Positions 26,691-35,684 of a DNA stretch of 53,100 nucleotides are shown one piece after another. This DNA is from Candidatus Hydrogenedentota bacterium. Lineage in GTDB: Bacteria > Hydrogenedentota > Hydrogenedentia > Hydrogenedentales > JAEUWI01. Where the stretch lies: contig JAUIMA010000001.1 of NCBI GenBank assembly GCA_030432675.1, forward strand, positions 1 through 53,100, written 5' to 3'. Each line of letters opens with the position of its first letter. The stretch's first letter is position 1. Under the pieces are notes generated by a model, which did not search any database, had not been told where the DNA came from, and worked only from the letters and a program-made list of their open reading frames with translations. Both the position numbers and the translations under genes were made by a program.

Positions 26691-28193
26691 GTGGCTGTTT
26701 TTTTAATGGGTACGGGTGCGCAGCACTCGCTTCAAAATGTCGTTGCACTCTTGGAAAAACAGCTACTAAGGACACAGGGTGTCCCCCGGCGCATCAACGC
26801 CTGGAGTGGCGATTTCCGACTGGAGGCAGAGCGGCCAGATTTTGATGCCCCTTTTTCGCGCTTTGCCGTGTACTTACCGAAGAGCTGGCCCGACGTTGGG
26901 GCACTGGAAGAAAAGACCCGGGGACTCGCGCCCTATGGTACCGTCTCGCACAATGAGGACAACGTCCAGTTTTCCTTCGTACCACCGGAAGGCGAAGGCC
27001 CTGAAAAAAGCCTGGAGGCCTTCGATTCCTTCGCGGCCGAACTGACCCTGCCCGAAGTGTGGCGGGCCGAGGGCGACAAATACCGCTTGGATCACATCAG
27101 CGCCGAACTGCTGTTCAAGGCCATCATTCAATATCGCGCCAGCGATGTGCACTTGTCCCCCGGGGTAAGTCCCGTATTTCGAATCGACGGCGAAACCCGC
27201 TCCTCTGATCTCCTCGGGCCCCTGTCGGCCGTTCAGATTGAGAGCCTGATTCGCGAGATGTCCCTCGACGAAGCGTGGAAAGAATTCGAAACCACCCGGC
27301 AAACCAGCTTTAACTACCATCAATCGGGGCTGGGCTATTCCCGGGTCTCGGCCTTCGTCAAATCCGGCGCACCCCATTGCACGATTCGCTTCTTGCCGGA
27401 GACCATCCCCAGTTTCGAAGAACTCCACGTGCCCAAGGACACCATGGTCAAGCTGGCGGAGCTCCACCGCGGACTGCTTCTGGTCACCGGCATGACAGGC
27501 AGCGGCAAGACCACCACCGTGGCCGCCCTCATCGATTGGATCAATTCGACCCGTTCCAGTCACATCCTCACTATCGAAAACCCCATCGAATTTGTGCACA
27601 CCAATAAGAAGTCTATCGTCTCCCAACGAAACCTCGGCATGGATGTGGACTCCTTCTATGACGCGGTGACGGGTGCGCTACGGCACGATCCGGATGTCAT
27701 TCTCATTGGTGAAATGCGGGACCCCGACACCATCCGCTCCGCCATCAACGCAGCGGCCACCGGCCACCTGGTGGTGAGCACGCTCCACGCCAACACGGCG
27801 GCCGAAGTGGTGAACCGAGTGCTCAGCTTCTTCGATCCCGTCGAGCGTGACTTGGTGAAACTTCAGCTGCGCGACTGTCTCCAGTGTGTCATCTGCCAGC
27901 GACTCGTGCCCAAACTCGGGGGCGGGCGCATCCCGGCTCTCGAAATGATGCTCAACGATGTAAAGGCCATCGCGGACGGCATTATGGAAGGCAGCACGGA
28001 CCATATCCGCATCGGCATGCAGCAGACCGTCTCCCACTCTTTCCTCTTCGAGCACTATCTCCACAACCTGTTAAAGCAGCAGAAAATCGATTTGGCCCAC
28101 GCCCAGGAGTTTGCCACCGATCAGAGTATGCTCGATCAGATTCGGATGGGTACCTATGCCGTACCCCGCCTGGAAGGGGTACGCGGCCACTAA
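26691..28193 (+). CDS. PilT/PilU-family hexameric ATPase with about 150-aa N-terminal extension
   Basis: ORF 26379-28193. The 5' part overlaps the ALDH start and is unlikely to be coding. GTG 26691 is preceded by GGAGAGAGG; the alternative is ATG 26706. Walker A GMTGSGKTTT, Asp box HILTIENPIEF, Walker B DPDVILIGEMRD, His box TGHLVVSTLHAN. The PilT N-domain begins near ELLFKAIIQYRASDVHL. Confidence 0.85.
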   Translation: MAVFLMGTGAQHSLQNVVALLEKQLLRTQGVPRRINAWSGDFRLEAERPDFDAPFSRFAVYLPKSWPDVGALEEKTRGLAPYGTVSHNEDNVQFSFVPPEGEGPEKSLEAFDSFAAELTLPEVWRAEGDKYRLDHISAELLFKAIIQYRASDVHLSPGVSPVFRIDGETRSSDLLGPLSAVQIESLIREMSLDEAWKEFETTRQTSFNYHQSGLGYSRVSAFVKSGAPHCTIRFLPETIPSFEELHVPKDTMVKLAELHRGLLLVTGMTGSGKTTTVAALIDWINSTRSSHILTIENPIEFVHTNKKSIVSQRNLGMDVDSFYDAVTGALRHDPDVILIGEMRDPDTIRSAINAAATGHLVVSTLHANTAAEVVNRVLSFFDPVERDLVKLQLRDCLQCVICQRLVPKLGGGRIPALEMMLNDVKAIADGIMEGSTDHIRIGMQQTVSHSFLFEHYLHNLLKQQKIDLAHAQEFATDQSMLDQIRMGTYAVPRLEGVRGH

Positions 28194-28273
28194 GAGCAAT
28201 GCGCCCACCTGGGCTCGAATAACACCGATGCCCTGCCACAAGTCCGTGCCAACGGGAAGGCAGTCATTGCACG

Positions 28274-29794
28274 TCAGCCGGCCGACGTCACCCCCGCATC
28301 GAGGGCGGGCACCCCGTCTTCTGTTTTGGCGGGCGCGGGCGGAGGCGTTGCCGCCTTCTTACGCGCCAGGTGCCGCAATCGGTGGATGATGATCGCCTCA
28401 TTGCGAATAGAGACGGTCAGCGCAATCATGAACCAATAGGGTTCCATGATTCGAACAATCAGGAAGGAGATGGTGCCGAAGGAGTGCACGATGAGCGCGG
28501 CCGTAGCACCAAACATCCCCAACGCGATTCCCCGCGCCATCCAATCTTCAGTCCAGCGATAGGCCTGCCGGGTGGTCCGCAGCACCTGAAACAACAGGAA
28601 CACGAAAGCCACCAGCCCCACCACACCGGTTTCAAGCAACACGCGGGCATATTGGCTGTCCAGCACCGACTCCCACGACACACCGCCTCCGAAGAAAAAG
28701 AACTGGGGCCCGAGACTAAGGATGAATCCGACCTTCCGCCACACGTGCACCCGCTCGTAGGTGGACTTATCCACATTCACGCCGAGATCACGCCCCGCCA
28801 CCACCAGCTCGCGCCCGCCATCTTCTTGTATCGTATAGGCCACCCGCTCGATAACGGCCGTCGGCATGATCAGCGTCGAGGAAGCCAACAGCAATGCGAT
28901 AACTGCCAGAATGAAGTACTTGCGGCTCATGAGAGCGATCACGGTAAAGCCCACCAAGAGAGCGACGTATGAAGCACGCGATAGGGTGTAGAGCAAGGGT
29001 ATGAAACCCGCGCTAACGAGTAAAAAATACATACACTTGATGCGTATTTTCTTCGCCTGCAACGCCAATCCCAAGGCGACGCACAGGCAAATGACCAGGT
29101 AACCCCCGAGGGTGTTGGGCTCGGTGCCCCCCTTTTCAAAGGGTGCACTCACCCGGGGCGTTGTGCCAATGCTGTAAATGCCATAACAGCTCACGATCAG
29201 CATGACGATAAAAAACAACCCAATCGGGGCCCGGAGGTCTTTCGATGCCCGCACCGAGTGGGCCACCATGAAGAAGATAAGATAAAACTCCAACATCTTC
29301 AACATGACAAAGAAAGCGGTCCGCTTATCCCACGCGGGCAAGCTGCGCTCATAGGCCAGCAACGTGGCGAAGACACACACGGCAAAATAGGCCACAATAC
29401 CGGAATTGATAGGACTCGGCTGCCAGAGCGCCAAGCGCCCTTCGAAGGTAAGTTTGATCATGACACCAATGAAGATGACGATAATCAACAAGTCATCGTA
29501 GCGGATGTTCAGACTTCGATCGCCGTTGGCCGCAGGCCGCAATTCGATCTCCGGCGACAGCAACATGGCAATCAGGAGGATAAATAGACCGAATTCGACC
29601 CGAACCACCGTGCCACCGAAGACCACCATGCTGATGGCCAACGCTGCCGTGAGGCTGTCATTGCCGAGCACCAGGTGCTGGGCAACCAGCATCACGCTGC
29701 TGACGAGCATGAACGCGGCAAAAATCGGGACTTCCAGTTGACTCTCGGCAACTTCACCACGACCGATTCCGCGTTCTGATCGGAAGAATGCCAT
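28274..29794 (-). CDS. Wzy / O-antigen-ligase-like polymerase (multi-pass membrane protein)
   Basis: 506 aa, about 11-12 TM segments. LLYTLSRASYVALLVG and DSQYARVLLETGVVGL resemble the Wzy_C / O-antigen ligase signature. Last gene of the envelope operon. Confidence 0.78.
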   Translation of the reverse strand: MAFFRSERGIGRGEVAESQLEVPIFAAFMLVSSVMLVAQHLVLGNDSLTAALAISMVVFGGTVVRVEFGLFILLIAMLLSPEIELRPAANGDRSLNIRYDDLLIIVIFIGVMIKLTFEGRLALWQPSPINSGIVAYFAVCVFATLLAYERSLPAWDKRTAFFVMLKMLEFYLIFFMVAHSVRASKDLRAPIGLFFIVMLIVSCYGIYSIGTTPRVSAPFEKGGTEPNTLGGYLVICLCVALGLALQAKKIRIKCMYFLLVSAGFIPLLYTLSRASYVALLVGFTVIALMSRKYFILAVIALLLASSTLIMPTAVIERVAYTIQEDGGRELVVAGRDLGVNVDKSTYERVHVWRKVGFILSLGPQFFFFGGGVSWESVLDSQYARVLLETGVVGLVAFVFLLFQVLRTTRQAYRWTEDWMARGIALGMFGATAALIVHSFGTISFLIVRIMEPYWFMIALTVSIRNEAIIIHRLRHLARKKAATPPPAPAKTEDGVPALDAGVTSAG

Positions 29795-29862
29795 GCCTGT
29801 CCCTTATCCTGTCCACACGGCGCGGCCACCGTGAAGGTGTCGGCCGGAAAACGCGCAATCGC

Positions 29863-32109
29863 TTAGAAGTGGTACCACTTGCGGCGCCCTGACGACCCGT
29901 CATCGTAGTAGTAGTAATAGTAGTAGTAGTGCCGACGGGTGGTTTCCAGTCCGTTTACCACCACACCCGCCACAGCCACCTTGGCCGTCGAGAGCAGCTT
30001 CTTCGCTCGAATGACCGTTTCGCGGCGCGCATTATTGGTTGATACGACCATCATGCAGGTGTCCACATGGGTCGCCAATAAGACCGGGTCTGTTACCACG
30101 AGCACCGAGGGCGCATCACAGATAACCAGATCAAAGGAAGCACCCAACTGGTCCATCAATTCCGCCATGTGGTCGGAACCAATCAACTCCGAAGGATTAG
30201 GGGGCACCCGTCCACTCGAAATAATCCAGAGGTTGTCTATCCGTGTCGGCCGAATGACGCTCTTCGAATCCAGTCCTTCGCGCAACACGTCGGCCAGACC
30301 CGGCCCACGCTCCATACGCAAGACGCGGTGCACATTGGGACGACGCAAGTCGGTGTCCACAATCAGGACCCGCATGCCGCGGTCGGCCATGGTAACCGCA
30401 AGATTTACCGCCGTCGTGGTCTTGCCTTCACCCGGCACGGCACTCGTCACCATCACCGTCTGGGGCTTGTCCTTAATGGTGGCAAACTGAAAGTTCGTCC
30501 GCAGGGTACGGTACGCTTCGGAGATGGGTGACTTGGGGTCGTGTTGGGTGACGATGCAGGAGTCGATTTGCTCCTCATCCACCGTGCTGACATAGGTCGC
30601 CCGCCGTCGTCGGCCACCCCGAGGCCGACCGAAGCGCATCCGCGGAATGGTACCGATCACTTCGAGGCCGATGTATTCGTTCACATCTTCGATGCTTCGA
30701 ATGGAAGTGTCGTTGTACTCGGTGACCATCGCAAAAACGAACATCACGATAAACCCGATGAGTCCGCCGATAGCAAAATTAACCCACTGCTGACGACTGC
30801 CGGGGACCCCCATAGGAACCGCCGATGCAATCGCGTCCTTCCGCTCCACGGAGCCCAGGCCCCGCTCGATATCCCGCCGAATCTCCATCTCCCGATCCGA
30901 GTACTGATTGAGCCGGGTCTCGATATTCTCCACTTCCCGCTTGAGCCGGTCCGAATCCACCTTGAGGTTGGCCAACTCGGGCACGCGGGGAATCAATTCC
31001 TCCCGCTCTTTCTTGATGGCTTGCTCACGCAACTCCAAGCCCGTCATCTGCAGGCGAATTTCAATCTGCTGACGATAAATCTCGTTGCGCTTCACCCAGA
31101 TATCACTGCCCCCGGGAACGCCCGAAGACTTTTGCTTCTCCGCCTCGAGGATAAGCGCCTGAGTCTCCGCGATGAGTTCTTCCAATTCAATCAGGCGCGG
31201 CCAGCTCGGTTGGTAAATCGCGCTAAGGGTCAGCTTCTCCTCCAGCAGTTTATCCAGATCCGCGAAAAGGCCGGTCACCAAATTGTCACTCGGCTGATTC
31301 AAGGACTCCGAAAACTGCTCGGAAGCCAATGCGAGTTCCGCATCCAGTTTATTCAATTTCTGCGTTGCGGCCACTTTGCTGACTTCGATTTCGCGCAGTT
31401 CCCGCTCTTTCTCGGCCAATCGCTGATCGATGTCTTCATAGTCCTGAAAACCATGGGCCTGCATGAATTCCAGCCGCGCCTGTTCCGCTTCGGCCAAATC
31501 GTCGCGAAGAGACTGAATGATTCCAACGGCATCTTCATGGCTATGTTGGGCCAACTCCAGATGGCGGTGGCGATTTACCTCCAAAAAGGCACGGGTGGCA
31601 AACTCAGCAATCGCATTCGCTTCTTCGGCCGTTTCGCAACGCTCCACATTGATATCGATGTACTGGTCGCCCTGGGCCGAAATCGAAATCTTACTCTGAA
31701 CCGAGGCGGCCAGCGAACGAAACTCCGCGGGAGAGACCACGTTACTGGTTCGACCGCCCGAAGCCACATCCGTCTGAATCATGGCGCGGGCCACCTCTTC
31801 CGCAAGCGTATTCAGACTCGTGCGTTCCACAAGACTTCCCGCCGTCATCACATAGGGAGAAGGGGGAGAATTGGTCATGATCCGGCTGGAGCGGCCATCG
31901 GCGACCACCAATTTACCGGAGGTCCGATACATCGTCTCGGCCGTTTCCTGGGTATACCACGCCACCCCACCAAAGGCCAGGGCACCAAACAATGTACCCA
32001 ACAGGAGGAGGAGCCAGCGATCAGAAAACACGTTCCAGACGTAGCGGAACTGGTTGTCCTGATTTTCCCGTGTGGTGTCTTCCAATACAGGCGCGTCTAT
32101 ACTCGACAT
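29863..32109 (-). CDS. polysaccharide co-polymerase / bacterial tyrosine autokinase (Wzc/GumC-like)
   Basis: 748 aa. Two TM segments flank a long coiled-coil region. Walker A SAVPGEGKTTTAVNLA, Walker A' LIVDTDLRRP, Walker B DLVICDAPSV. C-terminal tyrosine cluster HYYYYYYYYDD. Confidence 0.9.
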   Translation of the reverse strand: MSSIDAPVLEDTTRENQDNQFRYVWNVFSDRWLLLLLGTLFGALAFGGVAWYTQETAETMYRTSGKLVVADGRSSRIMTNSPPSPYVMTAGSLVERTSLNTLAEEVARAMIQTDVASGGRTSNVVSPAEFRSLAASVQSKISISAQGDQYIDINVERCETAEEANAIAEFATRAFLEVNRHRHLELAQHSHEDAVGIIQSLRDDLAEAEQARLEFMQAHGFQDYEDIDQRLAEKERELREIEVSKVAATQKLNKLDAELALASEQFSESLNQPSDNLVTGLFADLDKLLEEKLTLSAIYQPSWPRLIELEELIAETQALILEAEKQKSSGVPGGSDIWVKRNEIYRQQIEIRLQMTGLELREQAIKKEREELIPRVPELANLKVDSDRLKREVENIETRLNQYSDREMEIRRDIERGLGSVERKDAIASAVPMGVPGSRQQWVNFAIGGLIGFIVMFVFAMVTEYNDTSIRSIEDVNEYIGLEVIGTIPRMRFGRPRGGRRRRATYVSTVDEEQIDSCIVTQHDPKSPISEAYRTLRTNFQFATIKDKPQTVMVTSAVPGEGKTTTAVNLAVTMADRGMRVLIVDTDLRRPNVHRVLRMERGPGLADVLREGLDSKSVIRPTRIDNLWIISSGRVPPNPSELIGSDHMAELMDQLGASFDLVICDAPSVLVVTDPVLLATHVDTCMMVVSTNNARRETVIRAKKLLSTAKVAVAGVVVNGLETTRRHYYYYYYYYDDGSSGRRKWYHF

Positions 32110-32112
32110 AGC

Positions 32113-33591
32113 CTAGTCCTTCCGCACTTCCGCTCGGGCTTCAAGGGCCGCCAGAAAGGGATCCGTATGACCGAAGCCATCCATATCCAGACTGCGCTCC
32201 CAACGAATGTCTTCCGGCCGATCGTGAATGGTGGGTGTCACAAATATCATCAGCTCGCGGCTGGTGCGTGTGCGCTCTTTGTGTTTAAAGAGATTTCCGA
32301 AAATTGGAAGGTTGCCCAAGCCCGGAAGCTTCTGGATTACCGTATGATTGTCGGCCATCACAATGCCACCAATCACGAGTGACTGACCATCTCGTACAAT
32401 GCGTTGGCTGTTACTGCTACGCAGGGCGCGAACGGGCACCCCGTTGGAAACACCTACCGCCGTGGACACCTCGGGGGCCAGCTCGACCAGGACATACCGT
32501 CCGCCATCCGGGTCACGACGCACGTGGGGCACCACTTCCAGGACGATACCAATCTCCAGGAATTGCACATTCTCGACGGACGAGAAGCCCGCCGTGCCGA
32601 CTTCGGAATAGGGAAATTCTTCGGTCATACGAATCGTCGCCGGCTTGTGGTTTACGGTACCCACATAGGGGGATGCCAACAGTTCGGCCTTGTCATCGGC
32701 CACCAGGGCATCAAGCATTACGCCCAGATCAATGCCACTGTTCATATAACCCATAAACATCTGGCCGGGAGCCGCCACCTGAACCGGCACCTGGAGACGG
32801 CGATCAAAATCCCCTTCATCAAGGAAACGGCGACTCAATCCACCGCCCCGATTCCCCGTGTCGAGTGACTCATTAAACTCGGGGCCTACCGACTGGCGGA
32901 TCGAAGTCAACACCGCATCCTGCCGCGGCGGAGGCGTATAGCCACCACCCGCATGATCGCCCTGAACAAACCAGCGGATGCCGAGTTCCTTGGCCGCAGC
33001 GGTTTCCACTTCGACGATCTTGGACTCGATTAACACCTGCGTAATCTGGGACTCCATCTGGTCCAATTCGTGAATAACAGAAATCATGTTCTGCAGGATC
33101 CCCGATTCGTCCGTCAGAATCAGGCTGTTGGTATTGGGGTCGAAACTTACACTGCCACCTGCCGACGACATTCCGTTCAGGGCTTTCTCCAGGCCACCGG
33201 CATCCGCGTTGTTCAACGGGATAACCTTGGTCTGCATGGATTGGGTACGCATGACACCACCGGGAAGGGCCATGGCGCCCTCGATGCTACGAGAAACGGT
33301 CACCCGCGGATTCTTCAAAATGCTCTTGAATCCCATGGAAACCCGCGCACCCGCGTCGTTCAGACTCAGCCCCTTCAGCGTCACGTTGCCAATATAGGGC
33401 AATTCCACATTGCCCTTGCTGTCCAGCTGGGTCGTCGTCGACAATTCCGGCTGACGATGGACGTTGATGTACACCAAGTCCCCGGGAGTCAGGAAATCCT
33501 CTTTCATCGTTTCCGCTGCGGCGGGTATGATACCGAGGCACAGGCTGACGATAGAAAGAACGAGGGTGAACCGCGTTGACAGGCTTAACAT
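32113..33591 (-). CDS. outer-membrane secretin with N-terminal Wza-type Poly_export domain
   Basis: 492 aa. Signal peptide. GDLVYINVHRQPELSTTTQLDSKGNVELPYIGNVTLKGLSLNDA...NPRVTV is Poly_export-like. KVIPLNNADAGGLEKALNGM...SFDPNTNSLILTDESGILQNMISVIHELD is Secretin_N-like. The C-terminus GGIVMADNHTVIQKLPGLGNLPIFGNLFKHKERTRTSRELMIFVTPTI is the secretin signature. Confidence 0.85.
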   Translation of the reverse strand: MLSLSTRFTLVLSIVSLCLGIIPAAAETMKEDFLTPGDLVYINVHRQPELSTTTQLDSKGNVELPYIGNVTLKGLSLNDAGARVSMGFKSILKNPRVTVSRSIEGAMALPGGVMRTQSMQTKVIPLNNADAGGLEKALNGMSSAGGSVSFDPNTNSLILTDESGILQNMISVIHELDQMESQITQVLIESKIVEVETAAAKELGIRWFVQGDHAGGGYTPPPRQDAVLTSIRQSVGPEFNESLDTGNRGGGLSRRFLDEGDFDRRLQVPVQVAAPGQMFMGYMNSGIDLGVMLDALVADDKAELLASPYVGTVNHKPATIRMTEEFPYSEVGTAGFSSVENVQFLEIGIVLEVVPHVRRDPDGGRYVLVELAPEVSTAVGVSNGVPVRALRSSNSQRIVRDGQSLVIGGIVMADNHTVIQKLPGLGNLPIFGNLFKHKERTRTSRELMIFVTPTIHDRPEDIRWERSLDMDGFGHTDPFLAALEARAEVRKD

Positions 33592-33652
33592 GAGTTTTCA
33601 CTCCACAGGGTTATTTGATTCCGGGTCGCCTTAATGGGGAGCCGGTTATAGA

Positions 33653-35683
33653 CTACTGGGCTGGTGCTGCCTCGGTCGCTTCCGCGTTTCCTTCGGAAGC
33701 CTCCGCAGGTTCCGGTGTCGTCATGACGGCCGGATACTCATCAGCCGCATTCTCTTCACGACTTTCAACACCGGGCTCTGACATCATTTCGCCCGACATT
33801 GTTTCCGGCGTTGCTTCGGGAGCGGCTACCGGCGTATCCGGGACATTTTCCACATCCGAGGGCATCACAGGATTTGCCTCATCCGTACCGGCATCCGATT
33901 CTTCGTAGCTCAGCCATTCCAGATTTTTTTGCAACTCTGCCTTCATGCTCGGCTCGATGCCAGGCACCTGGATAGCACGCTGCCAATAGGTTGCTGCGGT
34001 TTCCATGAAGGCATCCCGATTCGCATCGGAAGTAGCCAAATCGGCGCGGATTTTATACAGCTCGCCGAGACTTCGAAAATCTTCATCCACGGTATAATTT
34101 CCCGGGAGAAAAGCAGCCTGAAGATACGCACTCTCTGCCGCTTCATACTCGGACTTCTGACTGTAAGCCCGGGCCAGGTAGCGCAGCATGGTCAACGCCG
34201 CCTGGGGGTCATTGGCGGGATCGGCCTGGTCCCGGAGCATATCAATGGCCTTATCATAGTCGCCCAGCTCGTAATAGAGCCGACCCATGATCGTTTCCGC
34301 CCGGGTCCGTTTGCGATGCAACGGGTTTTCCTGAATGAACGTAGCAAACCGCTCTACTGCGGCGGTGTAACGACGCCGCATTTCGTCTCGCGAGCGGATA
34401 TCGCCCAGGGTCAGGGCGTAGGCCGCGCGAAACTGGGCATCGGCCGCCGCTACGGGGTCCGCACCCACCTTATGGGCCAGGCTGTCATAGGCCCGAGACG
34501 CTTCCGGGTATTTGCCCTCTTTCATCAGGCGGCTGGCTTTTACTTCGAGATCTTCCGCCCGCTGTAGCACGGGGGCCACGACGTAAACGTATCCGGCCAC
34601 TACCCCCCCAATCAGGACAACCAATAACACGATCATGCGAACCACTTTGCCCGCCCGGCGTCCGCCACGGGTATGGCGTTTCGAACGACGGCGGGCTGGC
34701 GCCGCACTGTAGTCGTAAGACAAATCGGCGTCCATATCGACCGATGTGGGGCTGGTCGCACTGTAGGTTGGCAATAAACTCGGGGCAGGTGCTGCCGGGG
34801 TGGTCGGCGCAGTGGCCTCTTGCGGAGGACGCTTTCCAAGGGTCTGCATCAACTGCTCCGCTTCCGCGAGCGCTTCCCGTGAAGGCACTTTGGGCGATGC
34901 TTCGGGTGGCGCTGGTGTCGACGCGGGCTCCTCCGCTGGGGCCTCCTCGATAGCATTAACGCCTTCCGCGACGGAGTCCAACAAGGAATCCCAATCATCC
35001 GTCAGTGACCCATCCGCCTCAGGAACGGGCTCGGCAGGCCCATCGGGGGTCGATGGCGTGGCAGGGTCACCTGTCGGCTCCTCTGGCTGTGCACTGACTT
35101 CTTCAATCTGCTCCAACAGCGCCAACAAATCGGCTGACGGTGAAGACTCCTCCTCCGGTTCCGCAGGCACTTCTGCCGGTGAGGCCAATGGGGTCGTCGT
35201 CCGCACATCGTCGGGCGGCTCCGGGAATCCCGATTCCAGGCCCGCGACGATGTCCTTGAAGGCATCAACGGAGGAGCTCGGGGCGGGCGCACTCCCGCGC
35301 AGGGTATCGCTTCCGCGGTCGGGCACAAGATTACTATCCAGCGAGACATCCGAAAGCCCACCCGCGCCGCCATCATTTCCGTCGTCCACGTCAGACACGC
35401 CCTTTTCATAAAAACTCAGGGGTGCAGCGGGGTTGAGATCATCGTCACTCACGGAATCTTCGGGCTCGGAAACGGCCGGTGCCCCGTCCCGAATGGGAGC
35501 CCGTGTAAGGCCCGACATTTGAATGAAATCCAGGGAATTAGCGCGCTGCCCATCGGGCACCCCACTGCCAAAGCGGTCGTCATCGGGCATGCCCGCCAGC
35601 AAGTCACCGTCGATCGCATCGGCCGTAAAGGGATCGCTCCCTTCGCCGGAAAAGTCTTGCTCCTGTTCGGCACCTGACGCCAT
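33653..35683 (-). CDS. TPR-repeat bitopic membrane protein with acidic/Pro-rich disordered regions (MshN/PrsT-like role?)
   Basis: ORF 33653-35773. ATG 35683 lies 1 nt after the ATPase stop; the alternative ATG 35704 overlaps it. The N-terminal ~340 aa are D/E/P/A/S-rich. TM segment VVRMIVLLVVLIGGVVAGYVYVV. TPR-like helices follow (KYPEASRAYDSLA, GDYDKAIDMLR, SEYEAAESAYLQAA). Acidic tail. Confidence 0.75.
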   Translation of the reverse strand: MASGAEQEQDFSGEGSDPFTADAIDGDLLAGMPDDDRFGSGVPDGQRANSLDFIQMSGLTRAPIRDGAPAVSEPEDSVSDDDLNPAAPLSFYEKGVSDVDDGNDGGAGGLSDVSLDSNLVPDRGSDTLRGSAPAPSSSVDAFKDIVAGLESGFPEPPDDVRTTTPLASPAEVPAEPEEESSPSADLLALLEQIEEVSAQPEEPTGDPATPSTPDGPAEPVPEADGSLTDDWDSLLDSVAEGVNAIEEAPAEEPASTPAPPEASPKVPSREALAEAEQLMQTLGKRPPQEATAPTTPAAPAPSLLPTYSATSPTSVDMDADLSYDYSAAPARRRSKRHTRGGRRAGKVVRMIVLLVVLIGGVVAGYVYVVAPVLQRAEDLEVKASRLMKEGKYPEASRAYDSLAHKVGADPVAAADAQFRAAYALTLGDIRSRDEMRRRYTAAVERFATFIQENPLHRKRTRAETIMGRLYYELGDYDKAIDMLRDQADPANDPQAALTMLRYLARAYSQKSEYEAAESAYLQAAFLPGNYTVDEDFRSLGELYKIRADLATSDANRDAFMETAATYWQRAIQVPGIEPSMKAELQKNLEWLSYEESDAGTDEANPVMPSDVENVPDTPVAAPEATPETMSGEMMSEPGVESREENAADEYPAVMTTPEPAEASEGNAEATEAAPAQ

Positions 35684-35684
35684 A

